Below, piece after piece: positions 15,426 through 26,485 of a DNA stretch of 64,000 bases (the stretch's first letter is position 1; the number at the start of each line of letters is the position of its first letter). The DNA comes from an uncultured bacterium. Its GTDB lineage: Bacteria > Deinococcota > Deinococci > Deinococcales > Marinithermaceae. Below the pieces are notes generated by a model. The model was not told the origin of the DNA and searched no databases. It saw only the letters and a program-made list of their open reading frames with translations. The translations under genes and the position numbers were made by a program. The stretch is taken from assembly GCA_964469895.1 (NCBI GenBank), contig CAYYAB010000001.1:1695-65694 (forward strand), read 5' to 3'.

Positions 15426-16883
15426 GTGGCCCGCTCGCTCCGGAAAAACGCCGCCTTGATGATGGCGGGAACGCTTGCGAGCCGCGCCTTTGGCCTCGTG
15501 CGGCAGGCGGTCTTCAATAACCTCTACCCCGACCTCGCCAAGGACGCCTTCAACGTCGCCTTCCGGGTGCCGAACCTTTTCCGCGAGATCCTCGCCGAGG
15601 GGGCGGTGACGAACGCCCTGATCCCGGTGCTGAAGGGCCTTGAGGGCGAGGCGCGGGAAGCGTTCGTGCGCCGGTTCTTTGCCTTTTTGCTGGCGGCGAA
15701 CCTGGCGGTGCTCGGGATCCTCGAGCTCCTCGCGCCCTTTTTCGCCGACCTCCTGGTGGCCGAGGGCTCTTCCCTCGACCTCGGCCTCGTGACCCTGCTC
15801 ATCCGCTGGGTGGCGCCGTTTTTGCTGGCGGTTAGTGTCTCGGCGCTTTTCTCCGCGCTGCTCCAGGCCGAGGAGCGCTTTTTTGCTCCCGCTTTTGCCC
15901 CGGTGGCTTTCAACCTTGCCGCCGTCGGCTTGATGCTCGCTTTGCCCAAGTTCGCGCCCTGGATCGCGGTCGCCTACGTCGCCGGGGGCTTCGCCCAGGC
16001 GCTGGTGCAGCTTTTCTTCCTCAAGGGGCTCGGGCTTGAGCTCGAGCTCAGCCCCGAGGTCCGCCGCGCCGGGGCCCTCATGCTCCCCTTCCTCTTCACC
16101 ACCTCGACCCGGCAGGTGGTGAACGTCGTCCTCACCGCGTTGCTCACCGCTTACCCCACCGCGGCGGTGACCGGTTTCTACAACGCCGAGATGGTCTACC
16201 TGATGCTGCTCGGCCTGCTCTCGGTGAGCCCGGCGATGGCGGTCTTCCCCCGGCTCGCCGCGCACGCCGCGCGGGGGGAGGCGGGGGCTTTTCGGGAGCT
16301 GCTCTCCCGGGCGATCTTCCAGGTGGGGCTTCTTTTGGCGCTGGCCTCGGCGCTCGCCTGGGCGCTTGCGCCCTGGATCGTGGCGGTGCTTTTTGCCTGG
16401 ACGCCCGCCTTTACCGAGGCGAACTTCCGCTTTTCCACCGAGGCCCTTCTCGCGCTCTCGCTCGCGGTCTTTCCCTGGGGTGTCTACGCTCTTATGCTCC
16501 GGGCCTATTACGCCCGGGAACGGATCTTGGAGGCGGTGCGGGTGAGCGTGGCGCTTTTCCTGTTGAACGCGCTCGGCTACTACCTTCTCGCCCCCTACGG
16601 CATGTTCCGGCTCAACCTCGCCACCGTGCTCTCGGGCTGGCTCGGGGTGCTGCTGCTCGCCTTCGGGCTGGGTCGCGGTGGCTGGCTTGAGCTCGGGGGG
16701 CTTTCCCGGCGCTTTTTGCCGGTGCTCGCCGCCGCGTTCCTCGCCGCCGGCGCGGCCCGCCTTTTTGCCGGGATCGCGGGGCCGCCGGCGGGGGCGCTTG
16801 CGAGCGTGCTTCCGCTACTCGGTGGGGGACTCGGCGGTCTGCTCGCCTACGCCTTCGTGCTGCGGGCGGCCCGGGTACTTTAG
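15426..16883 (+). CDS. murJ: lipid II flippase MurJ (MviN)
   Basis: The N-terminus SLRKNAALMMAGTLASRAFGLVRQAVFNNLYP..AFNVAFRVPNLFREILAEGAVTNALIPVL is the MurJ signature. A polytopic membrane protein of 485 aa. Confidence 0.9.
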   Translation: MARSLRKNAALMMAGTLASRAFGLVRQAVFNNLYPDLAKDAFNVAFRVPNLFREILAEGAVTNALIPVLKGLEGEAREAFVRRFFAFLLAANLAVLGILELLAPFFADLLVAEGSSLDLGLVTLLIRWVAPFLLAVSVSALFSALLQAEERFFAPAFAPVAFNLAAVGLMLALPKFAPWIAVAYVAGGFAQALVQLFFLKGLGLELELSPEVRRAGALMLPFLFTTSTRQVVNVVLTALLTAYPTAAVTGFYNAEMVYLMLLGLLSVSPAMAVFPRLAAHAARGEAGAFRELLSRAIFQVGLLLALASALAWALAPWIVAVLFAWTPAFTEANFRFSTEALLALSLAVFPWGVYALMLRAYYARERILEAVRVSVALFLLNALGYYLLAPYGMFRLNLATVLSGWLGVLLLAFGLGRGGWLELGGLSRRFLPVLAAAFLAAGAARLFAGIAGPPAGALASVLPLLGGGLGGLLAYAFVLRAARVL

Positions 16884-18148
16884 GGCGTCACCCGGTGGCG
16901 GTCCCGGGGGAAGGCGCGGGCGTAGCGGACGTTCGGGAGGCCGAGGAGTTTTTGGGTAAAGCGCTCGGCGCCGATGGCGAATCCCCCGTGCGGCGGCATC
17001 CCGTAGCGGAAGACCTCGATGTAGTCCTTGAAGGCTTCCACGTTCATGCCCTTTTTCTTAAGCTGCTCGATGATCAGCTCGGGCTGGTGGATGCGCTGGC
17101 CGCCCGAGGTGATCTCAAGGCCCCGAAAGAGCAGGTCAAAGCCCCGGGTGAGCCCGTCCCCTTTTGGCATGGTGTAAAAGGGCCGGACCTCCTCGGGATA
17201 GTCCACCACGAAGATGAAGTCGGTGCCGTATTTCTCCGAGAAATATTCCCCGAGGGCGCGCTCGGCGGCGTCGTTTAAGTCCGCGCCCATGCCGACGCCA
17301 AGCTCTTTCACGATCTTCTTGGCCTCGGCGTAGGGCACGCGGGGGAAGGTCTTCGGCACTTTGGGCCACTGGGCGCCGAGGAGCTCGATCTCGCGGGCGG
17401 CGCTCGTCTTCGCCTCCTCCAGCATCGCCTGGATGAGCGCCTCCTCGAGCGCCATCACGTCCTCCTCGTCCTCGATGAAGCCCATCTCGACGTCGAGGGA
17501 AAGGTACTCGTTCAGGTGGCGGCTGGTCGCGTGCTCCTCGGCGCGCCAGACCGGGGCCACCTCGTAGACGCGCTCGTACACCCCGACCATGATCTGCTTG
17601 TAGAGCTGGGGGCTTTGGGCGAGGTAGGCGGGTTCCCCGAAGTAGTCCACCTCGAAGAGGTTGGAGCCGCCCTCGGCGCCGGCCTTGACGATCTTGGGGG
17701 TGAAGATCTCGGTGAAGCCCTGGGCGTCGAGGTATTGCCGGAACCCCCGCACCAGCGCCGCTTGGATCTTGAGGGGGGCGCGGGCCTTTTCGCCGCGGAG
17801 GGTGACGTAGCGGTAGGTGAGGAGGGTTTCGGGGTTTGCGCGCCACTCCTCTTTCGGGATCTCGACCGGCGTGGGTTTTTCCGCCGGGGCGAGGAGCTCG
17901 AGGCCCTCGCTATGGATTTCGAAGCCGCCCGGGGCCTTCTCGCTTCGTACCACCCTACCCCGGGCCCTCACCACCGACTCGGGCAGCGGCAACCGCCCCC
18001 CACCCGGGAGCACCACTTGGACCACGCCGCTTCGGTCGCGGATCAGGGCGAACTGGATTCCACCGAGGTCGCGCCGCCAGTGGAGCCAGCCCCAGACCTC
18101 GACCTCCTCGCCCTCGTGCTTTGGGAGTTCGCTCACCAGTACGCGCAT
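16880..18148 (-). CDS. aspS: aspartyl-tRNA synthetase, archaeal/eukaryal-type (AspRS2-like, probably non-discriminating)
   Basis: Start chosen at MRVLVSEL (ATG 18148, SD GAGGGGGA upstream). About 422 aa with an OB-fold N-domain, class II motifs FRAEEHATSRHLNEY and GGFAIGAERF. The short archaeal-type length matches Thermus AspRS2. Confidence 0.9.
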   Translation of the reverse strand: MRVLVSELPKHEGEEVEVWGWLHWRRDLGGIQFALIRDRSGVVQVVLPGGGRLPLPESVVRARGRVVRSEKAPGGFEIHSEGLELLAPAEKPTPVEIPKEEWRANPETLLTYRYVTLRGEKARAPLKIQAALVRGFRQYLDAQGFTEIFTPKIVKAGAEGGSNLFEVDYFGEPAYLAQSPQLYKQIMVGVYERVYEVAPVWRAEEHATSRHLNEYLSLDVEMGFIEDEEDVMALEEALIQAMLEEAKTSAAREIELLGAQWPKVPKTFPRVPYAEAKKIVKELGVGMGADLNDAAERALGEYFSEKYGTDFIFVVDYPEEVRPFYTMPKGDGLTRGFDLLFRGLEITSGGQRIHQPELIIEQLKKKGMNVEAFKDYIEVFRYGMPPHGGFAIGAERFTQKLLGLPNVRYARAFPRDRHRVTP

Positions 18149-18169
18149 CGTTTCCCCCTCTTGGGCCCG

Positions 18170-18288
18170 AAAAAACCCCCGGTCCACGGGCGACCGGGGG
18201 GAAGCGGGTCCTTCCCCCGTCAGGCATGATCATTGCGGGCCCTGCGCATCTCGCTGCAAGCTTATGCGCCCTGCCTCCAAGGTGTCAA
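18170..18288 (-). promoter_or_regulatory. candidate Asn/Asp-sensing leader of aspS (promoter, 9-codon mini-ORF, antiterminator, intrinsic terminator)
   Basis: On the minus strand: TTGACA (18288-18283), 18 nt, TAAGCT (18264-18259), 9 nt, then ATG CGC AGG GCC CGC AAT GAT CAT GCC TGA (18249-18220). Next comes the hairpin GGGGGAAG/CTTCCCCC (18218-18197), which overlaps the terminator CCCCCGGTC-gcccgtg-GACCGGGGG-TTTTTT (18200-18170). Confidence 0.5.
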
Positions 18289-18289
18289 G

Positions 18290-18658
18290 CTACTGGGCGC
18301 TTTCCAGGTCGGGGCGGAGCTTCTTGGCTTCGCGAAGGTAGACGTGGCGGATCGCGTCCTGGGGTTTTTCGGTGTTCCAAAGCGCGAGCACCCGGATCAC
18401 CCGGGGCAGGCTCCCGGGCACCGGGACCTCGCGGGCCGAGAGCAGGGGGACGCGGTGCATTCCGATCTGGCGGGCGGCCTCGGCGGGGAAGGCGGAGGAG
18501 AGGTCCTCGGTGACGGTGAAGATGATGGCGGCGAACTCCTCGAAGCTTTCGATGCCGTTTTGCGCTACGATCGCGCGAAGCAGCTCGCGGGTAGCGGAGT
18601 GGATCGCCTCGGGGGTGTCCTCGTCCACCGTGATCGCGCCGCGAATGCCCCGGACCAT
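18290..18658 (-). CDS. aroH: chorismate mutase, AroH type (monofunctional)
   Basis: MVRGIRGAITVDEDTPEAI..IIFTVTEDLSSAFPA..VPLLSAREVPVPGSLPRVIRVL is the AroH-class signature. Start taken at ATG 18658 rather than the longer ORF-track frame. Confidence 0.88.
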   Translation of the reverse strand: MVRGIRGAITVDEDTPEAIHSATRELLRAIVAQNGIESFEEFAAIIFTVTEDLSSAFPAEAARQIGMHRVPLLSAREVPVPGSLPRVIRVLALWNTEKPQDAIRHVYLREAKKLRPDLESAQ

Positions 18659-18695
18659 GGGGCGATTTTGACCCGCCGGCGGCGCGGGGCGCAAG

Positions 18696-19907
18696 CTATT
18701 CGGCCTGCTCGGTGAAAAGCGGGACGCGGACCAGGGCGTAGCCGAGCCCTGCCGCCACCAGGGCCAGGGGGAGGATCCGATAGCCGGCGAGCTCGGCCGC
18801 GAGCGCCACCGCCGCGAGCGGCGTGCGTCCGCTCCCCGAGAGCCAGGCCACCGCCCCGGCGAGGGCCAGGGCGGCGGGGTCCAGGGGCCAGGGGAAGACG
18901 CGGGCGAAGACCAGTCCCAGGAGGCCCCCCAAGACCAGGGTGGGGGTGAGCGGGGCGCCGTAGCCGCCAAAGCCCAGGAAGAGGGCGGCGAGCAGGTAGC
19001 GGAGGAGGAAGAGCAACGCAAGAGCCTCTGTGGAGAGGAGGGGGAGGGCGCCGAGCTCGAGCCATCCGTACCCCGCCCCCAGAACTTCGGGGGCGAGAGC
19101 GGCGCTCGCCCCCAGAGCAAGCCCGATCAGGAGGTGGCGCTGCCAGAAGGAAAGCCGCTGCCCCTGGTGGAAGCTAAGGCGGATCAGCTCGCCCCAAAGG
19201 TTCGCGAAGAGGGCCACCACCAGGGTAAGAAGCGCCGCCGCCCAGAGCTCCTCCTGCCCCAGGGTACCGGGGGCGAGCCGGATCAGGGGCCCGTAGCCGA
19301 AGAGCCCGCCGTAGACCGCGAACCCAGCGAAGGCGCCCACCAGCGCGGGGGTTAGGCGGGCGGCCTCGAGCTTGAGGCTTTTGTAAAAGATCTCGGTGGC
19401 GAAAAGCGCTCCGGCGAGCGGCGCGTGGAAGGCGGCGGCGAACCCCGCCGCCAGCCCGGCGTGGCCCATGGCGGTGGCCTCGGCAGGATCCAGGGCGAGG
19501 CCGAGCCTCCGACCCAGCCAGTCGCCGAGCACCGCCATCGGTCCCTCGCGGCCGAGGGGGCTCCCGGCGGGGAGCTCGGCGAGGCTTCCGAGCACGTAGC
19601 GAAGCTGGGGTACAAGGTGCACCCGCTCGCCCTCGCGAAAGGCCAGAATCAGCCGGGAGAGCCCGCGGTTCGAACCCAAGAGTGAAGCGGCCGCGTAGAG
19701 CAAGGGGAAGACCAGCACCCCGGCCCAAGGATTTAGCTCGACGAAGGCCTGCCCGAGTCCCCCTTCTCCCGAGGGCCCCGGGGGCAGGAAGCCGAGCACG
19801 CGCCCAAGCCAAAAGGCCTCGAGCTCCCGAAGCCCATGGGCAAGCCCCGCGGCCAATAGGCCGGCGAGCGCCCCCGCGAGGGCGTAGAGCAAAAGCGCCC
19901 GGGCCAC
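18696..19907 (-). CDS. ClC-family chloride channel / H+-Cl- antiporter (short form, no cytoplasmic domain)
   Basis: Motifs GSPLGREGPMAVLG and HAPLAGALFATEI. A polytopic membrane protein. Confidence 0.85.
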   Translation of the reverse strand: MARALLLYALAGALAGLLAAGLAHGLRELEAFWLGRVLGFLPPGPSGEGGLGQAFVELNPWAGVLVFPLLYAAASLLGSNRGLSRLILAFREGERVHLVPQLRYVLGSLAELPAGSPLGREGPMAVLGDWLGRRLGLALDPAEATAMGHAGLAAGFAAAFHAPLAGALFATEIFYKSLKLEAARLTPALVGAFAGFAVYGGLFGYGPLIRLAPGTLGQEELWAAALLTLVVALFANLWGELIRLSFHQGQRLSFWQRHLLIGLALGASAALAPEVLGAGYGWLELGALPLLSTEALALLFLLRYLLAALFLGFGGYGAPLTPTLVLGGLLGLVFARVFPWPLDPAALALAGAVAWLSGSGRTPLAAVALAAELAGYRILPLALVAAGLGYALVRVPLFTEQAE

Positions 19908-19908
19908 G

Positions 19909-21018
19909 TCACCAGCCTACGACGGCGTCCAGGGGGTCGCCGGGTCGGAGCTCGGGGAGGGGAACGCCGAGCGCCTCCCGCCCCCCGAGCACCGCCCAGG
20001 CGAGCACCTCCGCGGGCGGAAGGCCCCGCTCGAGAAGGAGCCGGACCTCGTCCCACACATCGAGGCTTCCCCCGGAGAGGGCGGAGTCGGTGCCAAGGGC
20101 GAGGGGCACCCGGTGCTTTCGGTAAAGCGCGTAGGGGGGGAGCCCCGCCTCTAGGTTCAGGTTCGAGCGGGGGCAGCTCACGAGCCGGGCGCCATGGTCG
20201 GCGATCGTCCTCACGTCCGCCTCGCTTACCTGCACCCCGTGGATAAGGAGCGGCCTGGCCTCCAACACGCCGAGCTCGGCGAGGTATTCGATCGGCGATA
20301 GACCCGTGGGGTGAAGATCCCGGGGGATTCCCTTTCTTTGGTGAAACTCGGCGATCGCCCCGGTCCGGTCTTGAAAGTAGGCGAGCTCCTCGGGGCTTTC
20401 TGCGGCGTGGATCTGGAGCGAAAGCCCCTCCTCCCGTGCGAGCGCTACCGCGCCTCGCATGAGGCTCGGGGTGAGGGAATAGGGGGCGTGGGGGGAGAGG
20501 CCGAGGCGCGCCCCGCCCGGCCGCTCGAGCTTTTTGAGCCGCCGGACGGTGGCCCGGATCCTTTCCAGGTATTCCCTTTCGGCTTCCGGTGGCATGATCC
20601 CGAGCACTTCGAGATAGGCGACCCCAGTGAAGGGCGCCTCAAGCAGCCACCACTCGAGGGTCCCGTCGTCCCTCGCCACGATGTCGCCGAGGATCCTCTG
20701 GCCGGCGGTAGCGGCCGCCTCTTTGGCAAGCCCCAGTCCTCGCGCTTCGTTTCTCGGGAAGACCGCCTTGAAAACGAACTCCATAAAGGGTCCCCGGAAG
20801 ACCGGTCCCAGCCCGAGGTCGAGGTGGGTGTGGGCGTTCGCGGCGTCCGGGCCCAGGTAGGTGGAAAAGCGCCGCTCGCGGGCGTTCGGGTGCCCTTTTA
20901 AGAGCGCATCCCGCCGCCCGAGCGCGAGGATCCGCCGGCCGTCGGTGAGGAGCGCCCCCTCCGAGACGACCCCTTCCCGGCCGAAGATCGCGTAGGGGGC
21001 GCTCCAAACCTCCATCAC
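19909..21018 (-). CDS. amidohydrolase-family protein, possibly aminodeoxyfutalosine deaminase
   Basis: Metal-binding HTHLDLG motif, ...LIHGVQ..., and the GTDS motif of the amidohydrolase superfamily. Overlaps the stop of the upstream futalosine-pathway radical SAM gene by 4 nt. Confidence 0.6.
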   Translation of the reverse strand: MMEVWSAPYAIFGREGVVSEGALLTDGRRILALGRRDALLKGHPNARERRFSTYLGPDAANAHTHLDLGLGPVFRGPFMEFVFKAVFPRNEARGLGLAKEAAATAGQRILGDIVARDDGTLEWWLLEAPFTGVAYLEVLGIMPPEAEREYLERIRATVRRLKKLERPGGARLGLSPHAPYSLTPSLMRGAVALAREEGLSLQIHAAESPEELAYFQDRTGAIAEFHQRKGIPRDLHPTGLSPIEYLAELGVLEARPLLIHGVQVSEADVRTIADHGARLVSCPRSNLNLEAGLPPYALYRKHRVPLALGTDSALSGGSLDVWDEVRLLLERGLPPAEVLAWAVLGGREALGVPLPELRPGDPLDAVVGW

Positions 21019-22112
21019 GCGGGCTCGGGCACGTCTACCTTGAGGACGTTATAAAAGACGTCCCGCTCGGCTGGGATAAAGCCGGCGGCGCGGATCAGGC
21101 GCTGGATCTGGGCAACGGTGGCGTGGGTGCGGTCGTAGCCGCCCGCGGCCGAAACCACGTTTTCCTCGAGCATCGTCGAGCCGAAGTCGTTGGCCCCGTA
21201 ATAGAGGGCGGTTTGGGCGACGCGAAAGCCCATCGTGGGCCAGGAAGCCTGGTGGTTTTGGATGTTGTCGAGGGCAAGCCGGCTCACCGCCAGGGTCTTC
21301 AGGTACTCGTGGGCGCTCGCCTCCGGGGCCTTCCCGGCGTAGGCGGTGTTTTTGGTTTGGAGCGTCCACATGGCAAAGGCGGCGAATCCCCGGCCGTAGC
21401 GTTCCCTGGCCCGGTCTTCCTGCTCACGGATTCGCACCAGGTGAAGTGCCCGTTCTTTGGGCCCCTCGCCAAATCCGATCACCATGCTCGCGAGGGTGTA
21501 AAGCCCGAGCTCCTGGGCCGCGTCCACAATGCGGAACCAGTCGGCGGTGGAGATGCGGCGCTTGGCCGCTTTGTGGCGCACCTCGTCCACCAGGATCTCG
21601 GCCCCGGCCCCAGGCATCCCGTCGAGCCCCGCCGCTTTAAGCCGGGCGAGGATCTCGCGGGCGTCGAGCCCGGTAAGACGCTCCAGGCCCAGGATCTCCT
21701 CCGGGCTGAAGGCGTCGATGCGGACCTTGGGGTGGTGGCGTTTTAAGTAGCGGAGCATCTCCTCGTACCAGGAGAGGGGGAGTTCGGGGTGGACGCCGCC
21801 CTGGAGAAGGATGCGCTTGCCGCCCACCGCTTCGAGCTCGGTCACCCTTTGCGAGATCTCCTCGAAGCTCTGCACGTAGGCCTCGGGGTGGTTCTTGCTC
21901 CGCCAGAAGGCGCAGTAGGGGCAGCCCACGGTACAGACGTTGGTGTAGTTGATGTTGCGGTCGATCAGGTAAGTGACGATCTCGGGATCGGTGACCGCGA
22001 GCCTGCGCGCGTGGGCGGCGGCGGCGAGCTCGGGGAGGGGGTAGGAAAAAAGCGCCTCGATCTCCTCAAGGCTGAGCCTCTCCCCGGCGACCGCCTTCTC
22101 CAAAAGGTCCAT
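21015..22112 (-). CDS. radical SAM menaquinone (futalosine pathway) enzyme, MqnE/MqnC family
   Basis: IDRNINYTNVCTVGCPYCAFWR carries the CxxxCxxC cluster motif in the characteristic MqnC/MqnE context. I cannot separate MqnE from MqnC by eye. Confidence 0.8.
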   Translation of the reverse strand: MDLLEKAVAGERLSLEEIEALFSYPLPELAAAAHARRLAVTDPEIVTYLIDRNINYTNVCTVGCPYCAFWRSKNHPEAYVQSFEEISQRVTELEAVGGKRILLQGGVHPELPLSWYEEMLRYLKRHHPKVRIDAFSPEEILGLERLTGLDAREILARLKAAGLDGMPGAGAEILVDEVRHKAAKRRISTADWFRIVDAAQELGLYTLASMVIGFGEGPKERALHLVRIREQEDRARERYGRGFAAFAMWTLQTKNTAYAGKAPEASAHEYLKTLAVSRLALDNIQNHQASWPTMGFRVAQTALYYGANDFGSTMLEENVVSAAGGYDRTHATVAQIQRLIRAAGFIPAERDVFYNVLKVDVPEPA

Positions 22113-22155
22113 GGCTTCATCCTACCCGGCCCGCCCCGAGCCTAGAATGGGGGTT

Positions 22156-22641
22156 ATGGAACTAAAGCTGGTGCCGATCGAAAAGCCCGAAGAGGTGAAC
22201 GTCATCCTCGGCCACGCCCACTTCATCAAGACGGTGGAGGACGTGCACGAGGCGATGGTGAACGCGGTGCCCGGCATCAAGTTCGGCCTCGCCTTCAACG
22301 AGGCGAGCCAAGAGCGCCGGGTGCGCCGCTCGGGCACGGATCCAAAGCTCGTCGAGCTCGCGGTGAAAAACGCCCTCGCGGTGGGCGCGGGGCACTTCTT
22401 CATCGTGATGCTCGGGCCCGGGGTCTTTCCCATTAACGTGCTCCCTTACCTCAGGCAGGTCCCCGAGGTGGTGACGCTCTTTGCCGCCACTGCGAATCCC
22501 CTGAAGGTCGTGGTGGTTGAAGAAGGTGAGCAGCGCGGCGTTCTCGGTGTCCTCGACGGCCTCACGCCGCTTGGGGTCGAGGACGAAGCGCACGAGAAAG
22601 CACGGAAGGAGCTTTTGAGGCGTTTTGGGTACAAGTTGTAG
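22156..22641 (+). CDS. adenosine-specific kinase family protein (DUF355/PF04008-like)
   Basis: MELKLVPIEKPEEVNVILGHAHFIKTVEDVHEAMVNAVPGIKFGLAFNEAS matches my memory of this family. Start chosen at ATG 22156. Confidence 0.6.
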   Translation: MELKLVPIEKPEEVNVILGHAHFIKTVEDVHEAMVNAVPGIKFGLAFNEASQERRVRRSGTDPKLVELAVKNALAVGAGHFFIVMLGPGVFPINVLPYLRQVPEVVTLFAATANPLKVVVVEEGEQRGVLGVLDGLTPLGVEDEAHEKARKELLRRFGYKL

Positions 22642-22651
22642 CGGGTGCGTG

Positions 22652-22679
22652 GTGCGTAGTCGAGCAAACGACTACGCAC
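22652..22679. terminator. hairpin between convergent genes (bidirectional terminator candidate)
   Basis: GTGCGTAGTCG-agcaaa-CGACTACGCAC, an 11-bp perfect stem. The T tract is weak. Confidence 0.45.
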
Positions 22680-23971
22680 TACATACGCCTTTTCTCCAGC
22701 GCTCTCGCGTGCGCTTCGAGCCCTTCCGCCCGGGCGAGCAGGGCGGCGGGGCCTGCGAGCCTCTTCGCCGCTTCCGGGGAGAGGCCCACCACCGGGATCG
22801 CCTTCAAGAAGTCCCGCACCGCGAGCGCCGCTGAGTAGCGGGCGGTGCCCGAGGTGGGCATGACGTGGCTCGGCCCCGCGATGTAGTCGCCGAGCGCTTC
22901 GCCCGAGTGCTCGCCCAAAAAGACCCCGCCCGCGTTCTGCACCTGGCCGAGGTAGCGGTAGGGGTCCGCCACCGAGAGGCAGAGGTGCTCGGGGGCGTAG
23001 AGGTTTGCGAGCTCGAGCGCTTCCTCGAGGTCCCCAGCCAGCACGATGCCGCCGTTGGCGAGCGCGCGCCTTGCCACCTCTTCGCGGGGTAGGTCCGCAA
23101 GCTGGCGCTCGAGCGCCGCTTCCACCGCGTCCGCGAGGGCCTCGCTCGGGGTCACGAGCCAGGGCTCGGCGAGCCGGTCGTGCTCCGCCTGAGCGAGGAG
23201 GTCGGCGGCGACGAGCTCGGGGTTCGCGCTCTCGTCGGCGACGATCAGGGTCTCGGTAGGACCGGCCAGGCCCTCGATCCCTACGTCGCCGTAGACCTCC
23301 TTCTTGGCGAGGGTCACGAAAAGGTTCCCCGGCCCCACGATCTTGTCCACCCGGGGGACGCGCTCGGTGCCGTAGGCGAGGGCGGCGATCGCCTGGGCCC
23401 CGCCCATGGCGAAAAGCCGGTCGGCGCCCGCGGCCCAGGCGGCGGCGAGGATCGCGGGGTGGGGTTTCGGCGGCGTGGCCACGACGATCTCACCGACCCC
23501 GGCCACCCTTGCCGGTACCACCGTCATCAGCACGGTGGAAAGCAGCGGCGCGGTGCCCCCGGGGACGTAGACCCCGACCCGGGAAAGTGGCCGCACCAGC
23601 TGACCCAAGACGCCGTCCGGGCCGGCTTCGAGGAAGCCGCCTTTGGGTTCTTGCTGGTAAAAGGCTTTGACGCGCACCCGGGCTTCCTCGAGCGCCTCCC
23701 GGAGCTCGCGGGGAAGCTCGTCGTAGGCCTCGCGCCAGAGCTTCTTCGGGACCTCGTAGACCTCCTGCCCGTCGAGCCTCAGGCTCCAGGCGTTCAGCGC
23801 GACGTCGCCCTTTTCCCGCACCTCGGCGACGATCCTTCGCACCGCCTCGGCGGGGGAGAGGGGCTCGCCGAAGAGCTCGGCGAGCGCGCTTTTAAGCTCG
23901 GGCGTTCCCTCGAAGTGGAGCCGGCGGGTCGCGAAACGCGCCCGCACCTCTTCCGGTCGGTAGCGCTTCAT
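22679..23971 (-). CDS. hisD: histidinol dehydrogenase
   Basis: Full-length HisD pattern ([30 protein letters not shown]). Confidence 0.93.
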   Translation of the reverse strand: MKRYRPEEVRARFATRRLHFEGTPELKSALAELFGEPLSPAEAVRRIVAEVREKGDVALNAWSLRLDGQEVYEVPKKLWREAYDELPRELREALEEARVRVKAFYQQEPKGGFLEAGPDGVLGQLVRPLSRVGVYVPGGTAPLLSTVLMTVVPARVAGVGEIVVATPPKPHPAILAAAWAAGADRLFAMGGAQAIAALAYGTERVPRVDKIVGPGNLFVTLAKKEVYGDVGIEGLAGPTETLIVADESANPELVAADLLAQAEHDRLAEPWLVTPSEALADAVEAALERQLADLPREEVARRALANGGIVLAGDLEEALELANLYAPEHLCLSVADPYRYLGQVQNAGGVFLGEHSGEALGDYIAGPSHVMPTSGTARYSAALAVRDFLKAIPVVGLSPEAAKRLAGPAALLARAEGLEAHARALEKRRM

Positions 23972-24594
23972 CGTTTCCTCCTGCGCCGCTTGCGGCCAGG
24001 CCGGCGCTCGGATTCGGTTTCGCCTTCGAAGGCCTCGAGAAGGACTGCTTCGAAAAGATGCTGCCCGAGTTTTTGCACGAACTTCACCGGCCTGCCTTCC
24101 CGGTCGTAGTAGACGTAGCTCACCCCGGGCCTCAGCCGGTAGACCTTGACCGGCACCTGGCCCCAGGGAAAGGCGAGCTCGGTGTCGGGGAGTCGGGTAG
24201 CGTGGACCCGACCGCCCACCATCGGGAGGGTAAGGGTCGCTTCTTCGCTCCTGCCCAGCTTGAGGATGAGCGAGAGGGGGTCGTGGTAGTCGACCACGTA
24301 GGGGAGCACCAGGTCCTTTCCGACCACCACGCCCTCGTCGCGCAGGAACTCGAGGTCAAGGACCCGCGTCCCCCGTCCCTCGACCCGCTCCACATAGCGG
24401 AGGGGGATGCCGCGTGCGTCCATCACGCTCTCCCACTCCTGGCGGGTCTTGGGCAGGGGGAGGGCGACGTCGGCCACGAGCCGCATCCGGTAGCCCTCGC
24501 CCTTCTTTTCCAGGGTGAGGGTCTCCTCGCCCGCCGGCATGCCGGCGTACTTGAGCTGGTAGCGGAGCCGGGTGGGCGCGCGCATCGCCCCCAT
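23968..24594 (-). CDS. DUF3108-like hypothetical protein with basic C-terminal tail
   Basis: Start chosen at ATG 24594 (MGAMRAP) so that it does not overlap lepA. There is a 4-nt ATGA overlap with hisD. The family call is tentative. Confidence 0.55.
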   Translation of the reverse strand: MGAMRAPTRLRYQLKYAGMPAGEETLTLEKKGEGYRMRLVADVALPLPKTRQEWESVMDARGIPLRYVERVEGRGTRVLDLEFLRDEGVVVGKDLVLPYVVDYHDPLSLILKLGRSEEATLTLPMVGGRVHATRLPDTELAFPWGQVPVKVYRLRPGVSYVYYDREGRPVKFVQKLGQHLFEAVLLEAFEGETESERRPGRKRRRRKR

Positions 24595-24639
24595 GCTACC
24601 GCTTTGGGCCCCGGGCGGCGGCCGGCTAAACTTAAGGGC

Positions 24640-26451
<1,812 letters not shown>

Positions 26452-26485
26452 CCCCTTGGGTTAGACTCCCCGTAAGGGGGTTTCG

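Noticed and set aside
24058-24639. N-terminal extensions of ORF-track entries: lepA from 24058, sbcC from 11631, aroH from 19120, hemE from 49341, recO from 31987, tilS from 56026 and the OMP from 54646.
   Set aside because: The extensions have shadow-frame composition and overlap neighbouring genes on the other strand. The conserved N-terminal motifs begin at internal start codons that have an SD or a -10 box.
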